A stretch of 64,000 nucleotides of DNA from the human T2T-CHM13v2.0 reference genome, Homo sapiens. The notes under the pieces are model-generated. The model did no database searches, had not been told where the DNA came from, and saw only the letters and a list, made by a program, of their open reading frames with translations. Numbering within the stretch: position 1 is the first letter of the stretch; every line of letters begins with the position of its first letter. Shown one piece after another: positions 1 through 12,542 of the stretch. The translations under genes and the position numbers were made by a program. The stretch lies in the NCBI RefSeq assembly GCF_009914755.1, contig NC_060930.1. One strand, given 5' to 3'.

Positions 1-1899
1 ACCAGGCCAATCCCTGCTCTCCTCCCCGAAAAGTCAGGGTCCCTTCATTGGAATCCTCCACCCACCCAAGCAGAATTTAGCAGAGATTTGCCTTCAAACC
101 CTAACGGCCCCCTTGTTCTCTGGTCCTTCTCAAACCCACCTTTGTAGGCCACCCAGCATTGCAGGACAGCGTGTGGGGCAGCTGGACCTGTGCTTCCTGC
201 CTGGGAGTCTCCCTTGGAATTCATCCTGACTCCTTCTAATAAAAATGGATGGGAAAGCAAAACACTTTGCCTTCTAAAGGCCGTATACCAAGTATGCTTA
301 GATAAATAAGCCACTTTTCTATTACTTAAGTAAGAAGGAAGTAGTAATTGATACTATTTATTGTTTGTGTGTGGTAGCTTGAAGCACACCACTGTCCATT
401 TATTTGTAAGTGTAAAATATGTGTGTTTGTTTCAGCAGCACTTAAAAAAGCCAGTGTCTGGTTACACATTTCAATTTTAATTAATTGACATAAAAATGCT
501 ACCGCCAGTGCCAGCTGCATCCTATTTAATTAAAAAGGTACTATATTTGTACATTATTTTTTAATGTTAAAAGGGCTTTTTTAAGTTTACAGTACACATA
601 CCGAGTGACTTTAGGGATGCTTTTGTGTTGAAATGTTACTATAGTGGCTGCAGGCAGCAACCCAGAAACACTTTAGAAGCTTTTTTTCCTTGGGAAAAAT
701 TCAAGCACTTCTTCCCTCCACCCTCACTCCAACCACCCCAATGGGGGTAATTCACATTTCTTAGAACAAATTCTGCCCTTTTTTGGTCTAGGGATTAAAA
801 TTTTGTTTTTCTTTCTTTCTTTTTTTTTTTTTTTCACTGAACCCTTAATTTGCACTGGGTCATGTGTTTGATTTGTGATTTCAAGACCAAAGCAAAGTCT
901 TACTACTACTGTGGAACCATGTACTAGTTCCTGGGAATTAAAATAGCGTGGTTCTCTTTGTAGCACAAACATTGCTGGAATTTGCAGTCTTTTCAATGCA
1001 GCCACATTTTTATCCATTTCAGTTGTCTCACAAATTTTAACCCATATCAGAGTTCCAGAACAGGTACCACAGCTTTGGTTTTAGATTAGTGGAATAACAT
1101 TCAGCCCAGAACTGAGAAACTCAACAGATTAACTATCGTTTGCTCTTTAGACGGTCTCACTGCCTCTCACTTGCCAGAGCCCTTTCAAAATGAGCAGAGA
1201 AGTCCACACCATTAGGGACCATCTGTGATAAATTCAGAAGGGAGGAGATGTGTGTACAGCTTTAAGGATTCCCTCAATTCCGAGGAAAGGGACTGGCCCA
1301 GAATCCAGGTTAATACATGGAAACACGAAGCATTAGCAAAAGTAATAATTATACCTATGGTATTTGAAAGAACAATAATAAAAGACACTTCTTCCAAACC
1401 TTGAATTTGTTGTTTTTAGAAAACGAATGCATTTAAAAATATTTTCTATGTGAGAATTTTTTAGATGTGTGTTTACTTCATGTTTACAAATAACTGTTTG
1501 CTTTTTAATGCAGTACTTTGAAATATATCAGCCAAAACCATAACTTACAATAATTTCTTAGGTATTCTGAATAAAATTCCATTTCTTTTGGATATGCTTT
1601 ACCATTCTTAGGTTTCTGTGGAACAAAAATATTTGTAGCATTTTGTGTAAATACAAGCTTTCATTTTTATTTTTTCCAATTGCTATTGCCCAAGAATTGC
1701 TTTCCATGCACATATTGTAAAAATTCCGCTTTGTGCCACAGGTCATGATTGTGGATGAGTTTACTCTTAACTTCAAAGGGACTATTTGTATTGTATGTTG
1801 CAACTGTAAATTGAATTATTTGGCATTTTTCTCATGATTGTAATATTAATTTGAAGTTTGAATTTAATTTTCAATAAAATGGCTTTTTTGGTTTTGTTA
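1..1899 (+). other. TEAD1: Distal 3' UTR (terminal exon) of a + strand gene, tentatively TEAD1
   Basis: Repeat-free AT/U-rich 1.9 kb with ATTTA motifs, a Pumilio element TGTAAATA (1646-1653) and miRNA seed matches, ending in a canonical poly(A) site. The 3' UTR call is well supported. The gene name is recollection of the sequence and locus layout, not a database hit. Confidence 0.55.
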
Positions 1900-1925
1900 T
1901 GTGTGTACCTTGGGTCTTTTCTTGT
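1873..1925 (+). terminator. Cleavage/polyadenylation site: AATAAA 1873-1878, predicted cleavage ~1895-1900, GU/U-rich downstream element
   Basis: Several TGTA (CFIm) motifs at ~1787-1842 upstream; TGTGTGTACCTTGGGTCTTTTCTTGTT downstream; composition changes after this point. Confidence 0.8.
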
Positions 1926-2996
1926 TCACGGTTTCTCCCTAGTCTGATGTCTACTCCTGCTTACACCTGGGCACTGTTTGGTCTTAGGACTTGCCAGGGC
2001 TAGTTAAGAGAAGAGATGCTATATTACTGGGGAGAAGAAAAAAAATCTTGGTAAACGGTGTCTTCTTGTTTTGTCCTGTTCCTAGCGAGGGGTGGGCAAA
2101 GAATCTAGCAGTGAACTCACTTCCTTACTAGCTTGTGTCTGAAGGAAGGAGTGCTCACCTCATCCTTGAGTAAGGCCATTTATTCCAACTGGGGGACCTA
2201 TCAGGCGTATAGATGCAGTCTCGATGGCTTCATGATTCTAATCTCTGAGAACATGAACAGGGCCCCGCAAGTGAACCTCTGGCTATCAACAGAAGATCTC
2301 AGGCAGCCCAGATATAGGCTAGTCTGTTTTCCTTTCCACATCTCTTTTGGGTTCTTAAAAATAAAGTCAACCAAAGCCCAAGGATGAGTAAAAACGGACC
2401 TTGGCCTGGAGGGCTATAGCCTCAGAAGAATTCTCCTAGTGAACATAACTATAGTTTGGAGATTTTTTTTTCCCGTGGCCATTGTTTATTTTTGGTAAGT
2501 CCCCCCCCTTGTGATAAGGTTGAAGACCTGGGGTAGAAAGGTTGCTTTCTCTGTGTCCTATGCTTTCTGAATGCTTGGGCTCACCACAATTCTAAAATAG
2601 GGACCCAGGAAAACATGGTGCAGAGAAGGTCAGCCAGTGGCCAAGCTGACCCACATCACAGGGAGAGTTAGAGACCTTGAAGATCTGCTCATTCTTAACC
2701 CTTTGGCACTATTTTCTAAGAAATCTTGGAAATAGTTAAATTCCAAGAATAGGAAATGTCCTGAAAGCACTTGGGTGAGCTTAAGCCAGGGAACTTGTCT
2801 GCAACTCTGAGGATGTAGATTTATTTATTTAAAAAAAAATCAAACATCTGTGTGACTTTAAAGGGCATTCACAAGGGAGGTGGTCACAGTGGCTTGCTTT
2901 CTGTCTCCAGTTTTCTCTATCAGGATGGTCTAGGGCAAATCCCTTTATTCCTCTGTGTCTCAGTTTCTTGGTTTATGAAAAGGCATTGGGCTAGAT

Positions 2997-3206
2997 CTTG
3001 GCACTATTGACATTTCAGACTGGGTAATTCTTTTTGTGTGTGTGTGTCAGGGATGCTCTCCTGTGTATTGTAGGATGTTTAGCAGCATTCCTAGCCTCTA
3101 CCCACTAAAAGTTAGTAGCACCTCCCTAGTTAGGACAATCAAAAATGTCTCCAGATGTTGCCAAATGGTCCCTGGGTGGCAAGATCACCACCGATTGAGA
3201 ACCACT
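2997..3206 (-). mobile_element. MER20 (hAT-Charlie DNA transposon fossil)
   Basis: CTTGGCACTATTGACATTT...TGTAGGATGTTTAGCAGCAT...AAAAATGTCTCCAGA...GAGAACCACT matches the reverse complement of the MER20 consensus. Confidence 0.9.
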
Positions 3207-4637
3207 TAGCTAGAGGCTTTATTGACAGAACTGATATGAGAATACATTGCTTATTAAATCAGAGTAGCCAGGCAGAGGCTGAGGGACTTCCCAGTGATGG
3301 CTACACCTCAACCTTTTCCATCCCTTCACTTGATTTGGATGTATCATGAGGGCTGCTGTTGGCTTTTTCGTCTGCACCTCTTCACTCCTCTCTGCAACAT
3401 GGGCTGTGCAGCCAGTGAACAGCCCAGCTGTGGGGCTTTGTTAAGCCTGGATTGGTTGGCCATATTTATCATGGCCTGTTTCTCACTGAAACGGCAGGCG
3501 GAAGAAGAAAGCAATTTCTGCAGTGTTTTTGACCCCTGGTGTCCCCTATCCCCCAAATATTTAATCATCAGGCATTTCTGCAAGAGTGGGTGTTTCCTGT
3601 TAACTCAATCCCAGCCGGGACTGGCCCAATAAACACCTCAGGTCTCTGTCATAGAGTTTATTTGGCTGGGAAATGGGTATTGCCATGTAAACAGGAAGGC
3701 CCCTGAAGTTATTATCTACAGACGCAGTGGAAGAGCCGCATGTTTATATTTATGGGACTTGAAAACAGTATGAAAGGCAAGGGAGGATGTCAGGGAAGCC
3801 CTCATTGGCAGTCAGTGAGAGCAGGTCCTACAGCTCTTTATTAGTTAATTTTTCATTCTCTCTGGAAATGGTTGGTAAACAATAATGACCTAGCCAAGAG
3901 CCACTGCAGAAATGGAGGTACTGGCTTGCCTGTACCTAGATTACCAGGTTAACAATAAGAAATGCTATCAGTTGGCCTCTCTGTCCTAACTATTCGAAAA
4001 TTATTTTAGAGATCAGTCCTAGGAAGCAACAATTTGGAGGTATCTAAAAAGGATGCTTATGAAACAGTGTCACCATCTCTAAGTTCTTCTGGGGAAGTGG
4101 AGGACAACTCAACTGACTGCTCCAGTTGTAGTGAGTGTGGGCCAGCTCACCTGTGAAAATCCCAAGCAAATTCTCATGCATTCACTCCTTAGTCAGTTTC
4201 TGTGAGGCTGGAAAGGACATCTTCATGCAAGAGTTCATAACACCTGAGCTGTCCAGGTATTGGTACTGGGAATCAGGCTTACACCCTAGGCCTATGCACC
4301 CCAGGTATACTCCAAATTGCTCCCAACCCTTCTCGGCTCTTCCATTGTCTCTCTCCTCTGGCCCGGAAAAGGTGCTAAGAAAGGCCAGGTAGGAACCAGT
4401 ATGTGGAGAGCTGATACTCTTGATTTAAACTCTGGGTTCTGAGCAAAGGCAAGGGAGTCTTTCCTTCCTCACCACCATTGCTGTGGACCCTGAGAAGCCT
4501 CTTTGTGTCTTCTTAGGGGCTTCTCAGCGGTAACTACTCAATCAGGAGGCCTTGGAAAGGAAATTTTAAAAAGTTATGAATCAAAACTTACCAAGGAAAA
4601 GGATCCAGTGAAGACGCAAAGGGTAATACACCAGGGA

Positions 4638-5136
4638 TGTGTGTGTGTGGGCGTGTGTGTGGTGTATGTGTGTGTGTGTGTGGGGTGTATGTATGTGTGT
4701 GTATATGTGTCTGTGGTGCATGTGTGTATGTGTATTTATGTGTGTGGTGCATGTGTGTATGTGTGTGGTGTGTATGTGCACGTATATGTATATGTGTGTG
4801 TATATGTGTATACGGGTGTGTGGTGTGTGTCTATGTGTGTATGTGTGCATGTGTGGTGTGTGTATGTGTGTATATGTGTGTGGTGTGTGTGTGGTGTGTA
4901 TGTGTGTGGTGTGTGTGTGCATGTGTATGTGTGTGTGTGGTGTGTGTATGTGTGTGTGGTGTGTATGTGTGGTGTGTGTGTGCATGTGTATGTGTGTGTA
5001 TATGTGTGTGGTGTGTGTGCATGTGTATGTATGTGCATGTGTGTGTATATGTGTGGTGCATGTGTATGTGTCTGTGTGTGGTGTGGTGTATGTGTGTATG
5101 TGTGTATATGTGTATGCACACACAGGTATGTGTGTG
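4638..5136. repeat. Degenerate (TG)n/(TGTA)/(TGG) compound microsatellite, ~500 bp
   Basis: Directly visible; produces the spurious V/C and H/T ORFs at 4503-5323. Confidence 0.97.
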
Positions 5137-8100
5137 CCTGAAGGGAGGGAAGGAGGAGGGTGAAGTTTGGAAAGGGTACCTGAACAGCCACCCACTCAGA
5201 GAAAGATGGGGCTCACCACCCCTGCACATGTACTCAGGAGACACAGTGTTTCTTGGCCTCAGTTTTTTATTTCTGCAAATTCTTCAAAAAAAAAAAAAAG
5301 TACTGCCTTTATCCCACAAGTGATAAAGAAACAATTACTTGTCTTCAAATAGGTTACTGGGACAAGGGACACTGGATGCTCCTTGATATGTCAATTAAGG
5401 GAGCAGGGAGAAGCTAACATTTAAGGAGTTTTTAGTAATTTTTGTAAAGCTATTATTCAAAAGTTTGTGACTCAATCCAGCCCTGCTATTCAGATATGCT
5501 CAGCCATTTGGGAAGCAGAGGGATCAAATTTCTGGAAACACATTTAACATTTACCAAAATGTCTTTTAATTCGTTTCTTATTATCTTGTTGCATTGATGT
5601 CAGGCCACTTAGTGGGGTTTTCTGCAAAACTTGCTTCCTGTTTTAGCACTGCAAACATAGCTCACTTCTTGATTGCTATCTATTCTTTCCAGGTCATTCT
5701 GTCCCACTCTGTAGCCAATAAAAAGGGAAGAATTTCCCCCACCTGCTATTCTTATAAAGAAATCAAGGACATAGAGCAAAATACTTTTAACAAAAAGGCA
5801 AAATTCTTCCACATAAGCCCTTCAGGGAGTAGCTCTTGGAGCAGTAACATTAAATGGGACCAGAACACAAAAGCGCACAGGCTCATGTGGCCTTAGGAAA
5901 TTTCTCTGGGAGGACCAAAAGTACTAGAGTTAACCCGAATGTGGAAAATGGAAATAGGATAGAGTGAGCTTCGTGGAATTAGAGATACAGTATATAATGG
6001 CAGAAACTAAGGGTGTTTTTGAGAGATGGGAATGCCAAGAACACCCGAAACACAATTGGATGATGGATTGATAGAAAAGTACAAATTTATTTAAAAGCAG
6101 CAAAAAGCAGATAACAAAATCACATGACATGTAGAATTGTGGCACGATTAATAAAACAGTGTTAGGATTTAAATCACCTTCGACATCCTCTCTTTCCTAA
6201 ACCAAGTCACCTATGTATCCTAACTCCATCTATCTCCAGCAGTGAAATAGTTGGACCAATTTCATTTTCTGTTTCTCTGTGAGTTTCCCTTCATTCTTCT
6301 GCCCCCAAATGAGAGGAGCGTTTTGTGGGATCATTATTTATCCCAGAAATGCTTCAGCCTGATTTTGTTCTCCCTAACCATCATTTAGTATTTAAAATCC
6401 TAGAAATCACAATGACTTTACTCTTTTTTAGTAGAGTGCTTAAAGAGTCTTTGTGTGTGTAGATTTGGGGGCGTAGAACATTTGGCTCCTTACAGAAATC
6501 TTATTTATGGCTTCACAGATGAGAAATACAGAGATTATTATTGAATACGATTCTCAACCACACCTTCTGGAGCACAAACTGTGAGCTCAGGTTGTGCAGG
6601 GAAAGATTGGTGAACCAACCGTCATTCCTCGTGGGCATGAGAGGGAGAGAAGGATCCAAGGAGAAAGCAAGTTTGAACTTCAGCAAGGAGTTAAGTGGTT
6701 AATAGGAACTCAGTTTTTTTTTTTATTGGCTAATAAAACCTCTCAGCGTTTTTCATATTATATGGTCCCTTCAGGCTCCTAGCCCAATGGCTTAAAAAAA
6801 GGGAAAGACAAAAACAACAACAAAAAGCTGGAGCCTAAATACCAATGCAGTCCCAGTCTTGTTTACTTTTTCATTTCCGCAGTTGTAAAAAAAAAAAAAA
6901 AAATTCCTCTGGTAGTTCAACTTTATCATAGGAATTGCAGGAACGGACCGGTGTTTGAACAACTCCAGTCATTCCTGCCTCCCAGTGAAAGGAAAAAATA
7001 TGCTCTGTCTGTGTGTGCCTGTTTCAGAAAAAAAGTTGACCACGCTGCAAGTGATGGATGCATCAGGAAATCTTAAAATGAAAGCAGGGGTGGAAGGAGG
7101 GAGCGCAGATATTGAACTGAAACACATCTCTGGAATCCTGAATGCAAATGATCTCTGTCCTTTTATTGCCAGTGGTGCTGTTCTCCCAACAGAGCAGGAT
7201 GTTCTTGTTTTTAATAATAGCCAGGCCAGATGCTAAATTCGCCTCAGCAACATGCTGTATAAGTGAGAAGGCAAACAGCTGATTCCTGTTAAGACGAACA
7301 CCAGGAGAATAAGCCAGAAAGTATGAGAATTCTCTGGAGGTTTTTGCTTTGTAAACCCCTGTTTGGCAGAAAGATCACAGAATCTGAACTGAAAACACAG
7401 TGTGTCCCCTGCACCCGTTCCTCGGCGGAGCTGCTTGCTGGGGGCCTTTAAGCCTCTCGCCTTCGCCATCCAGCCCTTTTCTAAGCTGTCCAGAAGACGA
7501 GCTTACAGGTTTCCCAAGAGGGAAAGTCGGAAGCCCTGAGTCCTTTGACTTTTAATGACTGTAGAAAAATACTCATCAATAGGAGGATTTTTTTTTTTAC
7601 TTGTTCCTTGCAGTAAAAAATAGCGAAATCCTGAACACGAGCCAGTATTTTTAAATGGCATCTTTGTTCCATCTTTTTCACTACCTTCTTCCCCCTGTCA
7701 GAGTCCATCAAATCCCTCAGATACTATTCCTTTCAGAATAAGCCACACATGCAAGATGCTGCTTTCTTCTTTCCCAGGGAGCTGCCAGAGCCTGTGTGGT
7801 GTTCTGTGCGGCTGGGCTGACCAGATCAGACAGTGACCAGGCTGCACGCCGCTGCTAGCTCATGCCACCTCCAAATGCTGCCCTGAAGGCCCTTCCTGGA
7901 GAGCAGGGGTACCCTGTGGAAGGGGTCTGCAGAGTGTTGTCTTCCAGTCATTCCTGGGGGCTTTGCTTCCAAGGCCTGCAGGAAAGTGAGCGAGAGAAGA
8001 AGGGGATGTTAGGAGGAGGTTGAGAAGCTCGCCCCAAAAATAAGTTCCCCAAAGACCCCTTTCATTACCTTTCCTGTTCATATCATCCTCCTAAACCCTC

Positions 8101-8349
8101 ATACTTTCTCTCTCCAATTGCCACATCCTCCCCTGAAATGCAGAAAGTGCACATTATCCTTTCTATTTTTTCCTCCCTAGCTGTCCTTGAAGTTCACTTG
8201 GCCTTGATCTCACTAGTATGAACATCCTGGGGGGAAAGGAATGGGAGCCAAAGATGATTTTCCTCCTTCCCTACTTAGGATGGCACTGAAGCCCATTGTT
8301 TTAATGTCTTTTTGAGGAAAATTCAGATTTGGTACCAGTAGCATGATCA

Positions 8350-8540
8350 CATATGTACCTGGCACTTTTCTTAATGTTTCACGTGCCTTATCTTAATCTT
8401 CCCAGCAACTTATGAAGAAGTTAGTACTGTGTTTATCCCCATTTTACTGATAGGAAAACTGAGGTTCAGACTTGTCCAAGGTTATACAGCTATTAAGACT
8501 CAAGTCTAGATCTGCTTGATACCAGAGACTATGTTCCTAA
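8350..8540 (-). mobile_element. MIR SINE
   Basis: Core CCCCATTTTACTGATAGGAAAACTGAGGTTCAGA...CTTGTCCAAGGT. Confidence 0.8.
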
Positions 8541-8559
8541 GCTCAAACTTTGGGCACAA

Positions 8560-8680
8560 TCTCTGTATCATCTGTATAATGGAGGTTATGAGAAGTAAAT
8601 GAATTAATGAGATCTAAAAATGCCCAGCAGAGTGTGTGGCACATAATAGATGTAAACTAGATGGTACGTTTTATTATTGT
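8560..8680 (+). mobile_element. MIR SINE 3' fragment
   Basis: CATCTGTATAATGGAG...GGCACATAATAG resembles the MIR 3' half. Confidence 0.6.
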
Positions 8681-10004
8681 TGATAATAATTAAGATTGTT
8701 TTTAAAAGCATAAATAAAATGTTCAATTAGTTGGAATCACAATAGAGCTGAAGCCAGAAGTGGAAGATTTTTAAAAAATGCTATTTTAACATTTTTAAAA
8801 ATGTTGCTCTTTGACAGAGGTTTTTTTCCTATATATTTTATAAACTATTTTTCTACTGAACATTAAGGTTCAGGCTGTTACAACAGCCATTAGTCCATTT
8901 CATTAAGGTTAAGTTTGGCAATTGGCTTGCTATGGGCTTCTTCCCTAGGGAACCCGGAGATATCGTATCACGTAAACCATGAATGGAATACATCAACACC
9001 TTCAGAACAAGAATGTTGACCTTACCCCCATCCCAATCCTCAATCTGTAGTCTCTTCCAAGGTTTTCCATGTAGGTATGTTGTGTTTTGTGTGAACAATG
9101 TCACTGAAAATGTTATTATTGCACTTAATTTGGCAGCATTGGCTTCATCTAACTAGAAAGAGACCCGAGCCAAGAAATTCCTGTCAACTTCAACCCTTAC
9201 CTTTCTATGAATGGCTCTGGGGTCCTCCTTGCAATCTGACAAAGGGGCACTACCCAGTTCCCTCACATCTGAAGTGGAACCCCTGATCTGGGCAAGGCTT
9301 TGTGTTGGTGTGCAGAAGCCTGGAGGAGCCCAGGGATGGGGCACGACCGTTTCTTGCCCTAAATGATTTAAATCACTTTGAATGAATAGGTAGGCTTCTC
9401 TCCAAGTATCTTAAAGTATCTTGCAGACTATTTTCTTAAATCTATATGGAAAAAAATATTATATTTTACTGAAAGTCCAGATAATAGAAATTATCTCTCT
9501 CCCTCTCACACTCTCTCCCTTCTTTTCTTTCTTCTCTTTGAAAATATTTATTGAACAGCTACTATAGGCAGACCAATATGTTGGAAGGCTTGCCGTCATT
9601 AAGAAGCGTATTGGAAAGCATGTCTGTTCAACTTAATCCATTTCAGTAAAAGAGGTTTTTGTCATGCCATTCTTTATTTTAAGCAAATTCATGAATTCTT
9701 GAGATTGCAAAAAACAGATATTAAAAGTAGTAATTAGTTTATAGAGAGAATTTAGACAGTTTTGATTTCTGTTTATAGCCAGTTTCATTTTCCATTTCTC
9801 ATTTCCTAAAGCAAACACTCAAATATTTGTAAGGTACTTGGCATCTATATTTAGTCACACAAGACTTTCATTCCCACCACATATATGGGTGGTTTGGTAT
9901 TCTAAAAGTGGGTGATTTTCATACAGTCAAAGAGGGAAAATCTACTCTTCCATTTTCTCCACCCTGTTGTAGCAGCCATGAAGCCAACTCTCCCTGAAGG
10001 GGTT

Positions 10005-10145
10005 GAGCAGTGTATTGAAAGGGGGACATCAGAAAGTGGCAAAAAGTTCTGGGTTCCAGATCCTTAACCCCTACTAACTAGATGCATGACCTTGAACAAG
10101 CCACTTAACCTCTCTTGACCTTCTCTTTAACTTGGGACAATAATA
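10005..10145 (+). mobile_element. MIR SINE fragment
   Basis: CTGGGTTCC...TGACCTTGAACAAGCCACTTAACCTCTCT. Confidence 0.7.
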
Positions 10146-11051
10146 TATTGCCAGCCAGATGGTCTGCTGAAGGACCATGGAGCTCTTACCTATAGATTTG
10201 GAATGGCTTTTGGAATGGAGAAATTATGGGGAGTTTTAAAAGACTAGAGTCTGTCTAACATTAAGAAAGAGAATGGGGTCCATTGTTTACTGCAGAACTG
10301 GCAAAATGGTCATTTTGTAGAGGATGGGGAAATGGAATCCCAGAGAGGTCAAATCACTTTTGAAGGATCACCCCATAGACAGATGATTGGAAGTCAAGGG
10401 TCAGGACATCTATTTCAAGCAGTTTCTATACTCACTCACCGTAAGAGATATTTCCTTCCTTCATAATAGTAGCACCTTCTGCATTATATTTTCATTAACT
10501 ACTTTTTTAATGTCCTAGTTTTCATGAACCTATTTTCATTTGTTATAAATTTAGGCAAACTGATTTATTAAAACTTTCTTATATAAATTAATTTCCAACA
10601 TGCTGATCCCATACCATGCTCCAGCTAACCTTATTAATTAAAGACCTGTTATATGTTACTTTATTTAAAACATAGATGAAGTTAGCATACCAGGCCTGAC
10701 TTAGAGGATGAGAAATCCAGTCTAGGAGCATCAGTGCCATTTCTTCCTGGAGAAAGCTGATATATCTGTTGGCAACATGCTTCAAGTTGATTTCCGTTTA
10801 GTGGACAAGAGGGATTTTCTCACCCAGACCCTTGCCATCAATGCTAAGGGTAGTGGCTTGGAAAGGTCTTTCTATTTGCTGTTTCAAGCTTTGGCCTCTA
10901 GAGATGGGGCCATAGTCTTGACTTCATTAACATGATGTCCTAGCCACCTAAACAAATCAAAGCATAACAGCTATTCTTGAAAAAGGGCTTGTCATCTCAA
11001 TTGTACCTTTTATCTGCTTGCTATCTAAGTTACCTATAACCAATATCCCTT

Positions 11052-11406
11052 TGTATTAGTCCATTTTCACACTGCTGACAAAGACATACCCAAGACTGGG
11101 CAATCTACAAAAGAAAGAGGTCTAATTGGACTCACAGTTCCACGTGGCTGGGGAGGCCTCACAATCATGGTGGAAGGCAAGGAGGAGCAAATCATATCTT
11201 ACATGGTTGGTAGCAGGCAAAGAGAGAACTTGTGCAGGGGAACTCCTCTTTTTAAAACCATCAGATCTCATGAGACTTATTCACTATCATGAGAACAGCA
11301 TGGGAAAGATTTTCCCCTATGATTCAATTACCTTCCACCGGATCCCTCCCACAACACGTGGGAATTCAAAATGAGATTTGGGTGGAGACACAGCCAAACC
11401 ATATCA
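11052..11406 (-). mobile_element. THE1 (THE1B-like) ERVL-MaLR solo LTR
   Basis: TGTATTAGTCC...CAGCCAAACCATATCA termini; perfect 5-bp TSD CCCTT at 11047-11051 and 11407-11411. Confidence 0.95.
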
Positions 11407-11839
11407 CCCTTCAATTTAAAAAGTAGAAGGGGAAAACCATTCTGATGGGGTGATGATAGAGCACACAGGTATTAAGTATAGTGTTATAAGACTTATAACA
11501 TAGTTCATCTGACCCCTGTTTAATGATAGACACAGCCATTATTGTGCCAAGTGATTCTCAGACATAAGTGTCAAGTCATTTACAGGGCAGAGGAAGGTGG
11601 AAAGCTAAGAGGAGGAGGAATTTGTGGCTTCACCCCATCCCTTGCTTGAGAAAATAATTGTCATTGCTTTGCTTCAGTCCCCAACTCTAGTCTGATCTTA
11701 AGGGAGGGGTTACATTTGTATTCATTCAAAAATATTGATTAAACACTTACTAGAAATGATGGAAATGAAAATGAATGAGATATATCTCCACCCTCATGAA
11801 GCTCACCATCTGCTCAGAGAGACAGAAGTATAAACTTCA

Positions 11840-12155
<316 letters not shown>

Positions 12156-12387
12156 GAAATATAAACTTGTACAGTGCAGCAGGTGCCATATGAACCAAGG
12201 GCAGAGGGGGCCCCAAGGAGGCAGCAAGTCCTGGGAAAGGCAGGAAGATGACATCTGGGCTGGATCTGGAAGCCTGAGTAATTCCTTGCCACTCAGGGTC
12301 TGAAGCTGAGCTAGTGTCAGTTCCTGCAGTGCAGCACCTGGGAGTGGACACGTACTGCCAGCATGGAGCTCCCATGTGTAGCTCTTC

Positions 12388-12415
12388 AGAAAGAAAGAGA
12401 AAGAGAGAAAGAAAG

Positions 12416-12466
<51 letters not shown>

Positions 12467-12542
12467 AAAGAAAGAGAAAGAAAGAAGGAAGGAAGGAAGG
12501 AAGAAAGAAAGAAAAAGAAAGAAAGAAGAAAGAAAGAGAGAA
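12388..12542. repeat. (GAAA)n/(GGAA)n pure polypurine tract, ~155 bp
   Basis: Directly visible; only A and G on the + strand. Confidence 0.97.

Noticed and set aside
4503-5323. Six overlapping 137-228 aa ORFs (V/C-rich and H/T-rich)
   Set aside because: Stop-free translation of the (TG)n tract in all frames; not a metallothionein-like or His-rich gene.
11482-11500. TGTTATAAG-A-CTTATAACA inverted repeat
   Set aside because: A 9-bp AT-rich stem is close to chance expectation in 64 kb and has no supporting context.
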